Position numbers and translations under genes: made by a program
Notes under the pieces: generated by a model
What the model saw: only the letters and a program-made list of their open reading frames with translations
The model's database searches: none
Told to the model about the DNA's origin: nothing
Source: Candidatus Borrarchaeum weybense
GTDB taxonomy: Archaea > Asgardarchaeota > Sifarchaeia > Borrarchaeales > Borrarchaeaceae
Direction: 5' to 3'
Length of the DNA: 64,000 nt
NCBI GenBank assembly: GCA_019057385.1
Contig: JAHQJS010000005.1
Coordinates: 224,799 to 288,798, forward strand
Part shown: piece after piece, positions 1 to 10,229 of the stretch
How positions within the stretch are numbered: position 1 is the first letter of the stretch
How the letters are laid out: the number at the start of each line of letters is the position of its first letter

Positions 1-579
1 GATTACTTCATCTCAATAGCCAAACTCAAAACTCATGCTGAGGAAAAGATCTCTTGTGTCTTAAAAAATCAATTCGGCTGTCTTCCTTCAAAAATCAAAT
101 CAGGATATCACCCTTACATGTCAGCAACCCTAACAGAGTTAAACAGAATTATAAAACCTGATGTATGTTTGATTGATGGAATTGTGGGAATGGAAGGACT
201 TGGCCCAACGAAAGGCACACCCAAGAAAACAAATCTCATTATTTGTGGAAAAGATCCAGTTGCAACGGATTCAGTTGCAGCGAAAATAATGGGCTTTAAT
301 CCATATTCTGTTCCTCATCTCCAATTTGCAGCCAGAAACCGACTTGGTAATATTGACAATATAAAACTTCTTGGAGACAACATAACGCCAATACCCTTTT
401 CGTTCATCCCCGCAGACGTGTACAGGCTGTATAGGCTTGAATTTCAGTTTGAAAAAGTTGGACAGAAAATGCACGATAAATTCTCCCGATTATCTCAAAT
501 ATCAAGAAGAATCGGAGATTTAGTCAGAGAAGGTGGTTGGTCTTACGTTTTTTCCCGATTTTTAAATAAAATAAGATGA
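1..579 (+). CDS. DUF362 family protein, 5'-partial
   Basis: Frame open from base 1 (DYFISIAKLKTH...), with DGIVGMEG-GP and DPVATD motifs typical of DUF362. Confidence 0.8.
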   Translation, partial: DYFISIAKLKTHAEEKISCVLKNQFGCLPSKIKSGYHPYMSATLTELNRIIKPDVCLIDGIVGMEGLGPTKGTPKKTNLIICGKDPVATDSVAAKIMGFNPYSVPHLQFAARNRLGNIDNIKLLGDNITPIPFSFIPADVYRLYRLEFQFEKVGQKMHDKFSRLSQISRRIGDLVREGGWSYVFSRFLNKIR

Positions 580-643
580 GTTTTGTAATAATGAATATAA
601 TTACATAATGACACAAAAAAGCCTTGCAGAAGAAAAAGGCTCA

Positions 644-1351
644 TCAAGACTTTTTAACTTGATGAATGGCGTTTTTTACGGCTGCTTTTATCATATAGCC
701 TGCTTTATGGAGTATAGTATCTCCAAGAACATTATCGATTGCCATACTAGCTGTACATGGATACGCATGATGATACTTGGAAATTTCCATTTCAACATCA
801 GAAATATGTTTTGCTTTTAGATTGTCTATCACGTGGTATGTTGACCCACAAGGAGCACTTCGAAGAACTCTGCAATCCTCTGTAAAAAATTCATTATCGA
901 TATCTACTTCTACAAGGGGCATGCCCATCTTGGAAAGCTCTATAAATTCATTAATTGTTGGTGTAGCATCATTTGGCTTCAAACTACAAAAAGGCTTTGG
1001 GAAAGTATATTCAACATTCATCTGTTGTAAGCCTTGTTCTATTTGTTTCTGCAGACCAAGCGGACACCAAGTTGGATCTTCTAGAGGGACTATAACCGCT
1101 GTTGCACCTATTTTTTCTACAATTTGCGGTAAAGACGCAAGAATATCTTGATGAACACCTATGACAATTAAAAGGTCTGAATTAGGCATATCAGGGAGAT
1201 ATGGAGAGGCGTCTTCTATAAATGAAGGCAGATCTTTTGATAATTCTTCTATGCCAATAATAGATGCTGCTAGAGAAGGTGAATGAGTTGCTAGGTTTTC
1301 TACGAAACGATTTACGTATTCTCCATAACTGTGAAGGACGTAGATTCTCAA
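644..1351 (-). CDS. DUF166 family protein
   Basis: PKPFCSL, RSAPCGST, HHAYPCTASM and LHKAG motifs; TTG start after GGAGG. Confidence 0.75.
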   Translation of the reverse strand: MRIYVLHSYGEYVNRFVENLATHSPSLAASIIGIEELSKDLPSFIEDASPYLPDMPNSDLLIVIGVHQDILASLPQIVEKIGATAVIVPLEDPTWCPLGLQKQIEQGLQQMNVEYTFPKPFCSLKPNDATPTINEFIELSKMGMPLVEVDIDNEFFTEDCRVLRSAPCGSTYHVIDNLKAKHISDVEMEISKYHHAYPCTASMAIDNVLGDTILHKAGYMIKAAVKNAIHQVKKS

Positions 1352-1499
1352 GAGTTTTACCTCCGTAATTCCGAATATTCCATAATCATGGATTTAATAG
1401 GTGTTTTTGTTTCAAGAAGTGTATGTGATAGCAATGAGTTCAATACTTTGAGAAATGGTTTTCCAATTGAGACAAATCAAACAATATTATTGGAATTGT

Positions 1500-1682
1500 T
1501 CATTCAAGTTCTTCTGCCTCGTTATACACTTCAGTGCAATGAGAACATTGGTAAAAAGTTGATTTTTTGGTTTCTACCTCTTCAATCGCTTGTTGGCCAC
1601 ACTTCTTACAAACATAATTTGTCGGGCGTCTCGCCAGAATTCTTTGCATTCCAGCTCTTTTAGTCATGAATCTTGCCTCCAA
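1500..1682 (-). CDS. small zinc-ribbon protein
   Basis: 60 aa with CxxC...CxxC (CKKC, CSHC). Confidence 0.5.
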   Translation of the reverse strand: MEARFMTKRAGMQRILARRPTNYVCKKCGQQAIEEVETKKSTFYQCSHCTEVYNEAEELE

Positions 1683-1872
1683 ATACTCTTCTAAGCCTCT
1701 ACACTTTGTATAAAGAAAATTTCTTTTTTTTTGATTGACTTACCAGTTATCTACCGGGAAAATCAGGAATAAAAGGATTACGACAGTGACATATTAAAAA
1801 TAGGGCAAACATAGAAAAGAAATTAATATGTTCTCGTTTAAAAAAGAGAAATAAGTGAACGCCACAGATTTT

Positions 1873-4047
1873 CTATGCGTGTTCTCCAGTTAGATTTTCG
1901 GCAATTTCAGTAACTTTTCTTAGATCTTTATCTTTAATACGACCGTTTTGGTGTAATGCCTCTAGACCTTTTTTTAATTCTGGTACAAATTCTTCTTTTG
2001 AAAGCAAGTTCTGCGTGCTTACCGCTTTTTTTGTAAACTCGTTTAATTGTTTCTTTGAAACGATTAATTTTTCAAATTTCTCTTTCAGAGCATGAAAAGA
2101 ATCCGTTGCATAAACTTTCAAGTTTTTGTTGATTAACTTTTCAGAGGTTCCGGTGGCCATTGAAATAAACTGCATAGGTGGATAGACCAGAAGGCGTGAT
2201 GTATCCTGAGTAGGATCTAAGAATTGTGCAAGATAAATTGGAACGTCAACCTTCTGTGCCTGTTTAAATTTTAAAAGATTAGAGAGAACAAATTTCTTAA
2301 ATTGTTCTTCTTCTTCAAGAAGACGTTCTTTTTTGCTGTTAATAAACTCGATAAGTTGATTAGATTTCTCTGCAATCTTTTTTGTAATATCGACCAACTC
2401 GACAATTAGGCTATCTCTTTCAGTCTCTATCTCAGAGAGTTGTTTTTGTTGTTCGCTCATCAGTTTTGTTATTGTCTTGTTTCTATCGACTTCTGTTTTT
2501 TCTATAACTTCTCTTTGTTCTTTCATTAGACGTTCTATATTTTCATTTTGTTCCTTTGTTACACGCTCAACATTTTCATTCAAATCATTTATCTTATTTT
2601 TTGCCTCGTGTTCGATTGCGTTTATCTTCGATTGGGCGTCATTCTCAATAGAAGATAATTCTTTATTGCCTTCCTTTATGCGGGATTTTAATTCTTTTAT
2701 CTCGTTTCTGCTAGCATCTTTCATATGAGACTCCATTGAATTAGCGAGACCACTTATCTGAATTTCGAGGATGTCCTTTACGTCGGCAAATTGAAAGTTT
2801 TTAGTTTTTATATCATCGAGTTGTCCCTGAACTGAACTGGTCATATCGCTAAAGCGGTTTAATAAAGTCTCTAACGTACTGCCAATACTAGTTTTTAGGA
2901 AATTATTTGCATTTAGATTCCTTGCAGTATTTGTATCAGCGATCTTTTTTTCTTTTTGTTCCAAAACGACAGTAATTTGTCTGTCAGTATCCTCTCTTAA
3001 TCGCCTGATGGTTTCTTTATATTCAATTCTAGTTTCATCTAAATGACGGGTCGTGCTTGATCTAACTTCTATAATTTTTTCATCCCATTCCTGCTTCTTA
3101 GCACCAATTTTCATGTCTGTGTTTTCTTTTGTCCTCTGAAGTATAGCACCGTACTTATTGTTCAGTTTTTCGATCTCTTGCTCAATTTTATTTGTGAATT
3201 CGCTTCTTTTTCTCGAAATGAGCGCTTGGATAGTGGGTAAAGTCTTCATATTTTCCTCAATTGTATGAAAGGCCTCATCAAAGGTTACAGTGACCTGAGA
3301 TAGTTCATCTTTTGAGAGTTCGAATGGTAACTCTGTAAATTGTGGTATTGAACGTGGTTTACTAAGCCAGTAAAGTTCTGTAATATCCTCCAAATACTTG
3401 AGAGTGCTAAGGGTATATACAAGATGTTTCTCAGCACTCAGATCTGCTAAGAAATTTTCAACACGTGTAAATGCACTAAGGTAGTCTGAAGTTTCGGAAA
3501 CCGATAACATACTTTCAAAATCAGTTAAAATAAGTGAAGTTGTGGTCGTTACGGTTGTTGGGACTGTGAACGTGTCCACCAGCAACGCGCCAGTCCTATA
3601 AGGTAATACCCATATTGGAACATGAAATACTAAAAGAGATTCAAGAGTTTCTCTTTTCTTTCTATCGTCTTCACATAGAATGAATATCGTTGCAAGCTCA
3701 GTGTTAAGATCTACTTCCGTATACTTTTGTTCTTTTTGTTCTAAATATGGGAATTTTTCAATTAAAAATGGAATTCGTGTTTCAATTGTGAAGAGTTCTG
3801 AAGATGGAACCTCTTCGGTTATGGAGGTGGTAGTAGTGGATACCTTATCTATTTGACTTGTGTATGCTCTCCTTATGTTATGATCAGGATCAACATCTAT
3901 CGTCAGAATATGATCATCATGTACAATTGTCTTACTTAAAATGAACATACCTGGAGGTAAATTTGAAAATTCGTCATCTGAAATCTCGATGGTTTCAGTT
4001 TTAGAACACTTTGGACATGTTACTTTGAGGTCATTTTTCATATCCAC
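1873..4047 (-). CDS. large coiled-coil protein with N-terminal zinc-ribbon-like module
   Basis: 724-aa ORF; N-terminal CPKC...HxxH; about 350 aa of E/K/Q-rich heptads between two globular segments. Confidence 0.7.
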   Translation of the reverse strand: MDMKNDLKVTCPKCSKTETIEISDDEFSNLPPGMFILSKTIVHDDHILTIDVDPDHNIRRAYTSQIDKVSTTTTSITEEVPSSELFTIETRIPFLIEKFPYLEQKEQKYTEVDLNTELATIFILCEDDRKKRETLESLLVFHVPIWVLPYRTGALLVDTFTVPTTVTTTTSLILTDFESMLSVSETSDYLSAFTRVENFLADLSAEKHLVYTLSTLKYLEDITELYWLSKPRSIPQFTELPFELSKDELSQVTVTFDEAFHTIEENMKTLPTIQALISRKRSEFTNKIEQEIEKLNNKYGAILQRTKENTDMKIGAKKQEWDEKIIEVRSSTTRHLDETRIEYKETIRRLREDTDRQITVVLEQKEKKIADTNTARNLNANNFLKTSIGSTLETLLNRFSDMTSSVQGQLDDIKTKNFQFADVKDILEIQISGLANSMESHMKDASRNEIKELKSRIKEGNKELSSIENDAQSKINAIEHEAKNKINDLNENVERVTKEQNENIERLMKEQREVIEKTEVDRNKTITKLMSEQQKQLSEIETERDSLIVELVDITKKIAEKSNQLIEFINSKKERLLEEEEQFKKFVLSNLLKFKQAQKVDVPIYLAQFLDPTQDTSRLLVYPPMQFISMATGTSEKLINKNLKVYATDSFHALKEKFEKLIVSKKQLNEFTKKAVSTQNLLSKEEFVPELKKGLEALHQNGRIKDKDLRKVTEIAENLTGEHA

Positions 4048-4521
4048 GCCTCCATAATTGACACGTGACTTTGAGATTGTCCGTCATCTTTCATCTTTAA
4101 TCAGAAGGTAATCGTGCGTATAATCTACTGTTTATAATAATCTTTCCACTATAATAAGAAAATACCACAATTCACCTAGATATACTCTTTTCACTGACTA
4201 TAAAAAATGCATACTAATTATTAAGGATTTCAGTTTGCCCCTTCAACTAATGAGTACTTCGATATCCTTCTTAAATTAAGATGATATGTAAAATTCCATT
4301 TCCTTTGTTATAAAATAAAGAAGCGACTTTAAAACGCATTTATCACCGTTAAATAAACAGAAAAAACTTAAATTACCCGCAATAATGAAAATTGACTTTC
4401 CTTTTTGTTAAAAAAATATCCATAAAATACAAATAAGGGTTTTAAGAGTTGTAAACTACGAGTTTTAACGCCCTCAGATTATCGTTATGGCAAATAAAAC
4501 TCGCTTTAAGAGGCGAAATTT

Positions 4522-5685
4522 ATGTATAAATGGAAGAAAATTCTATTGGTAACTGTTTCATTTATAATTTTGTTCCTTTATATATCCCCGGCTGTCGCTC
4601 AAAGACAAACTGAAACTCAGAGCGAATACTATGATTATTCCGACTCAAATGGCTTTCTTACCACCATACGAGTTAGTTTAACAGGATTTCCAACTATCGA
4701 AAACCGAAAGGAAACATATACAGCAAGATTCACTGTTCAGAGTCTTGACACAACTTCAAATGTTGAAATAAAATTAAAAAGATATTCATGGGAAATTAAT
4801 ACTGATGAAGGCATTATTTCAGGTGAAGAAGACTTAGATGTGCTACTAAGTGCAGTAGGTGATTCTTACGAATTTGATTTTAATGTGAAATCAATTTCTG
4901 ATGAGTACTCAGGTAATGCAACATTTAATGTAGAATTTAGACATGATGTTTATCGTGATGGTAGTAAAAAACTAACTGATGAAAAGCCATCTATAAACGC
5001 TAATCTAAATGTTTTTACTGTAGGAGAAAGCCCAAGCCCTGCTGATCCCAGTGAAGGAAATACTCAAACAGGAGGTAATCTAACATTTGGAGGCATAAGT
5101 CGATTCTTGCCTGGATTGATTGTTCTTATTCTCATAGTAATAGTAATGGGTATTATTGTTAGTAGAAGGAAACCTCGGTATGAAGATACTACAATTCCAT
5201 CTATGAGTTCATCACAAATTGACAGAATGAATTATGACGAACTATTAGGACGAAGAGAAGTCCTAGAAGAAGGGCTAAGAAAAATTGAAACTCAATTGAG
5301 TTCAGGGTTACTATCACCTGCAGCTTACATGGATGCTTACACAAAGTACAGGTCCGAATGGATTCAAATCAACAATAAACTTTCTGCCGCGGGAATAAGC
5401 GAAGGCGAAGATGAAGGTGAGATAATACCTCCCACAACAGAAGAAGTCGCATGTTCTTCTTGTGGAGCTCCATACTCTAGTGATGCACCATTTTGTCCCA
5501 GCTGTGGATCTGAACGTGAAAAATGCATGGTTTGTCTATTACCTATGGCACCTGGAAGTGAGATTGCCAAATGTCCCCATTGCTCAGGCGTTGCGCACAA
5601 GGATCATCTACAAGAATGGGTTAAAATAAAAGGATTTTGTCCAAAATGTAAAAACAAACTAACAGAATACGATTTGGTACAATAA
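4522..5685 (+). CDS. single-pass membrane protein with C-terminal zinc ribbon and RING-like finger
   Basis: Signal peptide, beta-rich ectodomain, TM helix (LPGLIVLILIVIVMGIIVS-RRK), CSSC/CPSC, then CMVC...CPHC...HKDH...W...CPKC. Confidence 0.75.
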   Translation: MYKWKKILLVTVSFIILFLYISPAVAQRQTETQSEYYDYSDSNGFLTTIRVSLTGFPTIENRKETYTARFTVQSLDTTSNVEIKLKRYSWEINTDEGIISGEEDLDVLLSAVGDSYEFDFNVKSISDEYSGNATFNVEFRHDVYRDGSKKLTDEKPSINANLNVFTVGESPSPADPSEGNTQTGGNLTFGGISRFLPGLIVLILIVIVMGIIVSRRKPRYEDTTIPSMSSSQIDRMNYDELLGRREVLEEGLRKIETQLSSGLLSPAAYMDAYTKYRSEWIQINNKLSAAGISEGEDEGEIIPPTTEEVACSSCGAPYSSDAPFCPSCGSEREKCMVCLLPMAPGSEIAKCPHCSGVAHKDHLQEWVKIKGFCPKCKNKLTEYDLVQ

Positions 5686-5741
5686 TTCTATTCTCTGCTT
5701 CCAGTATCTCTTTTTTGTCAATATTCAAATTCTTTTACTAT

Positions 5742-5785
5742 GACTAAGCCAGAAAGCAACACAGCTTCAGCGTGAGGTAGTTCAC
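5742..5785 (+). mobile_element. IS200/IS605 right-end relic
   Basis: Ends ...cgtgaggtagttcac like the tnpB element right end at 62079; preceded by CTAT. Confidence 0.55.
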
Positions 5786-5839
5786 TATCAACAAAAAAAG
5801 GAATATAAAAAATAGCATAGCCTGACGAGAAAATCTTCG

Positions 5840-6022
5840 TTATTTGTCTATATAAAGCTGGCCTGCAATCGAATAATTTTCTTTAGGCATATCATTGATT
5901 ATAATACGTACAGCGTCTTTTGGACAATCAAGTGCGTCTACAACCGCTTGTGTGACCATTTCAACTAATTTGCGTTTTTTTTCCAATGGGCGCTCGAAGA
6001 GGGTAATTTGTAAAATCGGCAT
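5840..6022 (-). CDS. 4-oxalocrotonate tautomerase family protein
   Basis: 60 aa, catalytic Pro1 (MPIL), R at the conserved position, C-terminal IAG. Confidence 0.9.
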   Translation of the reverse strand: MPILQITLFERPLEKKRKLVEMVTQAVVDALDCPKDAVRIIINDMPKENYSIAGQLYIDK

Positions 6023-6080
6023 GTCTAATCACCTTTTTAGAATTTATTTTTCTCTATTATGATATTCTTTTAAACTCTAT

Positions 6081-6517
6081 CGGCGAGAAGTCCCCTTCCG
6101 AAAGGAGGGGGATGAAAGCCGATGGCTTTTTATAGTTTCGTGGAAACCTATACGTGGTACCGCGAGTGTACCCGTAATGCCCGACTGGGTGGAGGTATAT
6201 CCTCCTGTAAGCGACCAGTCAGCAGGTGACAGGGCTAAACATGAGGAAGCCCGTGCATGAGGTCTTATCCAGCGTGGCAAGAGAGTCCCCTTCTGGTGTG
6301 CAGTTTGCTAACCTGCCAGCCAGGCAGGTAACAGATTAATAGCCTTCTGCAAGCAAATAATCAAGGGGCAGGATAAGGGTGAGCAGCGTGTGCAACCTGG
6401 TAAGCTTCCGTAAGCCCATAACTGTAGTGAAGGTGGCGAAGCGTCGCCCCCCGTGAGGGAGCGAGAACTACAATGGAAAGCTGGAAGCCCCATCCAAAAG
6501 GGTGGGGAGGATGTCAC
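6081..6517 (+). mobile_element. non-autonomous IS200/IS605 derivative with structured non-coding cargo
   Basis: Left-end hairpin cggcgagaagtcccc...ggggatgaaagccg and right end gaagccccatcc...ggtggggaggatgtcac parallel the ends of the tnpB element; GC-rich island; no credible ORF; CTAT immediately 5'. Confidence 0.75.
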
Positions 6518-6579
6518 ACATCTTGCCAATTTAGACAATAAAATGGTATTTTTTGAACTGAAAGAATAGGGTGAATATA

Positions 6580-7728
6580 ATGAATATAGATGAACTTAGA
6601 GCTCAATTTCCGGTTACAAAGCATTATACATACCTAAACCATGCAGCTGTAGCACCCCTCCCACAAAGCGTAATTAACGCAGTTTATGAGGTAACTCAAG
6701 AGAAAGGCGACAGTGGAGGTCTCCACTGGATGGATTGGGAGGAAGAAGCGGAAAAAACCCGAAATGCAATTGCAGGACTTATTAATGCAACGCCAGAAGA
6801 AATTGCCTTCGTCCCGAATACCTCCGAAGGCTTATCCATTATTGCAAATGGATTAAAGTGGAATAAAAACGATAATATCGTGACAAATGACTTAGAATTC
6901 CCTTCTGTTGCGTTTCCTTGGCAAATCCAAGCAAAAAAACATGGACTTGAATTAAGGATTGTCCGTAATCGGAATGAAGCTCTATTTTTGGAGGATTTTG
7001 AAGACAAAATCGATAGAAATACAAAAGTAGTTGCAATTAGCCATGTACAATTTAGCAACGGATTCAAAATAGATTTGAAGCGCCTATCCCACCTGGCTCA
7101 CGAGAATAATGCATATATAATAATAGATGGCGTTCAGGGTGTTGGTCAAATACCTGTAGATGTGAAGCAAATAGACGTTGATTTCTACACCAGCAGTGGA
7201 TACAAGTGGCTTTTATCACCAGTTGCTACAGGGTTTCTGTTTTTAAAGCGAGAATTGCTTGAAGAAATTGATCCAACCTTTGTAGGTTATCGTAGTGATG
7301 AGTTGGAACATGAGTTTCATTTTCGAGAAATAAGTCCCTCAAAGAGTGCTCGCCGATTTGAGCATGGTCAATTAAATTTCCCAGGAATAGCTGGAATGCG
7401 AGTGGCAATAGCATTGCTTGAAAAAATAGGTATTCATAATATTGAAAACCGAATTCGCGTTTTGATGGATTATCTTTTAGCAGGTATAGAAGAAATAAGA
7501 GAGTTAAAAGTAATTTCTTCCCTTACGCCAGAACACAGAAGCGGTATTATCAAAGTGAAGATAGAAAATTCAGATATCGATCCAGAGGAAATAATAACAA
7601 AACTTCAAGAACAACATATCATAATTTCCTCGCGTGCAGGAGGACTGCGAATTTCTTGTAACTTTTATAATACTGAAGAAGAAATCAAAAGATTACTAGA
7701 TGCATTATCCTTGCTCACTCAAAGTTGA
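6580..7728 (+). CDS. class V PLP-dependent aminotransferase (SufS/IscS-like fold)
   Basis: YLNHAA, NTSEG, DGVQ and SGYKWLLSP (PLP lysine) motifs; lacks the desulfurase Cys loop. Confidence 0.85.
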   Translation: MNIDELRAQFPVTKHYTYLNHAAVAPLPQSVINAVYEVTQEKGDSGGLHWMDWEEEAEKTRNAIAGLINATPEEIAFVPNTSEGLSIIANGLKWNKNDNIVTNDLEFPSVAFPWQIQAKKHGLELRIVRNRNEALFLEDFEDKIDRNTKVVAISHVQFSNGFKIDLKRLSHLAHENNAYIIIDGVQGVGQIPVDVKQIDVDFYTSSGYKWLLSPVATGFLFLKRELLEEIDPTFVGYRSDELEHEFHFREISPSKSARRFEHGQLNFPGIAGMRVAIALLEKIGIHNIENRIRVLMDYLLAGIEEIRELKVISSLTPEHRSGIIKVKIENSDIDPEEIITKLQEQHIIISSRAGGLRISCNFYNTEEEIKRLLDALSLLTQS

Positions 7729-8691
7729 TGCAAATCGGTCAGTATGCCAATCGGATTTTCGTGAGTGAGCCTTTTTATCCTTTTTGTAGTATCCCTCAAT
7801 TGTATCTCCTTTCAAACGCATTAACCGTTTTAGTATATTAATTACGGATCTGACCTCAAAAGTATTTGCTGGAAAGCCTACTTGGTTGGAGATATATTTC
7901 CAAAGTTCTTCTTCTGATACTGCTATATTTTCGCCTACTGAGGAGTTTTCAATTATTTGAACAAATCGCGTAAGACGTTCAAATTTATCTAAGGTTTTCA
8001 ATATCCTTTCGCCTTTCCCTGTAAGCTGATAATAGAGGACAAAAAAAGCTTCCGGTAAAGGGTTTGGTCCTGCCTTTACTATGACGCCACGTCTAGAAAG
8101 TTCTGAGAGGCGAGCTTGAACGCTTTTTTCGGCTAAACCAGTTATGTCGGCGATTTCTTCGGATGTCAGTTTGAATCTTTCTGGATTTCCTTTATTAAGG
8201 GCTTTTATAATTTCCGAATAGTATGTAGGTAGTTTTTCTAATTCCGCTGCTGTTGTGATCTCTCTAATTTTGTATCTTATTCTTTCAGTTTGTACTATTC
8301 CTGCTTCTTTCAGTTGTCGTAACAATATAGATGCAAATGTACGTGAAACATCTAAGATTTTTTGCAACTGTTTGTTAGTTTTTGGTTCTTGAAGAGCTTT
8401 AATGCACTGTATTTTACCATTGACTTCCGAAATTTTTAATTTACCTAAAAAATCTACTGCTAAAACGCCTACTGGTGTCGGTACACATGAATCGCCTGTT
8501 ATTTCGACCAAATCTCGTCCTTGAAGTCTTAAAAGATATCTTGACAAAAATTTGCTTCGGTATCGAGGAGCGTAATCTACAGTTTTCATAATGGTATCGA
8601 TATCCGTGGATCCATGTTTGTAGAGTCGATATAACACCTTTGCGCAAATATTATTTCCCAGAGCTCGTATTGCTTCTTCAGCAGAGATCAG
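7705..8691 (-). CDS. multi-winged-helix DNA-binding protein / transcription regulator
   Basis: Several wHTH repeats (e.g. LTSEEIADITGLAEKSVQARLSELSRRG); frame extends to a CTG at 8691 preceded by GGAGG. Confidence 0.7.
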   Translation of the reverse strand: MISAEEAIRALGNNICAKVLYRLYKHGSTDIDTIMKTVDYAPRYRSKFLSRYLLRLQGRDLVEITGDSCVPTPVGVLAVDFLGKLKISEVNGKIQCIKALQEPKTNKQLQKILDVSRTFASILLRQLKEAGIVQTERIRYKIREITTAAELEKLPTYYSEIIKALNKGNPERFKLTSEEIADITGLAEKSVQARLSELSRRGVIVKAGPNPLPEAFFVLYYQLTGKGERILKTLDKFERLTRFVQIIENSSVGENIAVSEEELWKYISNQVGFPANTFEVRSVINILKRLMRLKGDTIEGYYKKDKKAHSRKSDWHTDRFASTLSEQG

Positions 8692-8934
8692 GAAAAGACC
8701 TCCTTTAAATCAAACCTGAATAAGACCAAAAGTGCAAAGTCTCTCGCATTTAGAAAAACTTTTTGCGTTATTCGTTTTTAATCTCACGATATTCGTTATA
8801 TATCGCCTTGCAATAATATATGTTCATACTTTTATATCGATTTCCGTTAATGCATGATATTCTGACGATTCGTATAAATACAAGATGTAGAACACCACGA
8901 ATGAAGTATAATATAATATTTCCGAGGACATCAA

Positions 8935-9354
8935 ATGCTTGATGATATTAATCAGAAAATTATTGAACAATTACAAAAAGATGCTCGGCAAAAAAATACT
9001 GCCATAGCAGAAAAAATCGGTGTTGCGGAATCAACCGTAAGAAAAAGAATCAAGGAAATGATACAGAATGGAATCATTTCGAGTTTTTCTGTGCAGTTGG
9101 ATCCTGTTGCTATGGGTTATACAGTCGCTATTGTCGGAATCGATACAGATTCTGCCAAGCTACTCAAAGTTGCAGAAAAGTTAACAGCATTTAAAGAAAT
9201 ACGCTCCGTACAACTTAGTACAGGAGATCATCATATAATATGCGAAATTTGGGCAAAAGAAAAAAAATTATCTGAATATCTTGAAGAAATAAGCACTCTT
9301 AAAGGAGTAGAGAGAGTGTGTCCCGCAATCGTTATGGAACGATTGAAACCATAA
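8935..9354 (+). CDS. Lrp/AsnC family transcription regulator
   Basis: LDDINQKII..LQKDAR..IAEKIGVAESTVRKRI HTH plus RAM domain (STGDH). Confidence 0.92.
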   Translation: MLDDINQKIIEQLQKDARQKNTAIAEKIGVAESTVRKRIKEMIQNGIISSFSVQLDPVAMGYTVAIVGIDTDSAKLLKVAEKLTAFKEIRSVQLSTGDHHIICEIWAKEKKLSEYLEEISTLKGVERVCPAIVMERLKP

Positions 9355-9390
9355 CTTATGGGCTCATAGAGATGTTAAAGGTTGTAGAAA

Positions 9391-10206
9391 TTAATAGATA
9401 CCCTTGCAAATTTCATTAAAGACTTTTTTCAAGCACGATAATCGAGAGACTTCATCTTTCAAGTGAGAGGTAATTTCGTTAATAATCTTGTAATCATTTG
9501 TGAAATTAAGTTCCGAATATTGAACATTATAAAGTAATAATCCCCAGGCAGGTGCTGGAGGGATTCCCTTTTTAGGACTACTACTCGGATCTAGAAGTTT
9601 TTTGAATTCATTCAAGGTCATTAAACTTCTACCAACTAAGGTTAATACAGTAACAATCTTGCGTATCTGTTGCCAAAGGAAACTCTTTCCTATGAACTCA
9701 AAATGAAGAACCTCATTTACCTTTTTGAATTTTAGTAGAGTTAATTCTCTTATCGGATTAACATGGTGATTGACTTTTGAAAGGTTTTTAAAATTATGAG
9801 TACCGATTAGGTAGTCTGCTGCATTTCTCATTTCTTCTAAATTTAGAGCCTCCTCATAAGGCAAGAAATACATGTAATGCTTAGAAAGTGCATCAAATCT
9901 AGGATTAAACTCCTCTGGGACATGTGCAATCGCCCAACAGCGTATATCTTCAGGTAAATGTGCATTCAATTGGCCTAATATTGTTTGTCTAGAAGTCGAA
10001 AAGGCAATTAGCTGCCCTAAAGCATGAACTCCTCTGTCAGTTCTCCCAGCAGCCCCATACCGAAATGTTCGGGAGTCATCAATAAGTTCCGTCTCTTGAA
10101 ATGCATTAAAAAGGCAGCCTTCAATTGTTTTGAACTTCGTCGTCTGCCGCTGAAATCCGAAGTAATTCGTACCAATATAAAAGACCCTAAGTGCATAGCG
10201 AGCCAC
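9391..10206 (-). CDS. truA: tRNA pseudouridine(38-40) synthase
   Basis: YIG..YFGFQRQ, AGRTDRGVHALGQ, FNPRF and SFLWQQIRKIV motifs. Confidence 0.95.
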   Translation of the reverse strand: MARYALRVFYIGTNYFGFQRQTTKFKTIEGCLFNAFQETELIDDSRTFRYGAAGRTDRGVHALGQLIAFSTSRQTILGQLNAHLPEDIRCWAIAHVPEEFNPRFDALSKHYMYFLPYEEALNLEEMRNAADYLIGTHNFKNLSKVNHHVNPIRELTLLKFKKVNEVLHFEFIGKSFLWQQIRKIVTVLTLVGRSLMTLNEFKKLLDPSSSPKKGIPPAPAWGLLLYNVQYSELNFTNDYKIINEITSHLKDEVSRLSCLKKVFNEICKGIY

Positions 10207-10229
10207 TAAGAAACACCAAGCGAGGCAAT

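Noticed and set aside
6077-6538. ORFs of 67 and 76 aa inside the GC-rich element
   Set aside because: No family similarity; they are antisense to IS ends and RNA stems, so likely spurious.
6580-7728. Cysteine desulfurase (sufS/iscS) call
   Set aside because: The catalytic Cys loop (RxGHHC or SxGSAC) is missing; the sequence reads SSRAGGLRIS.
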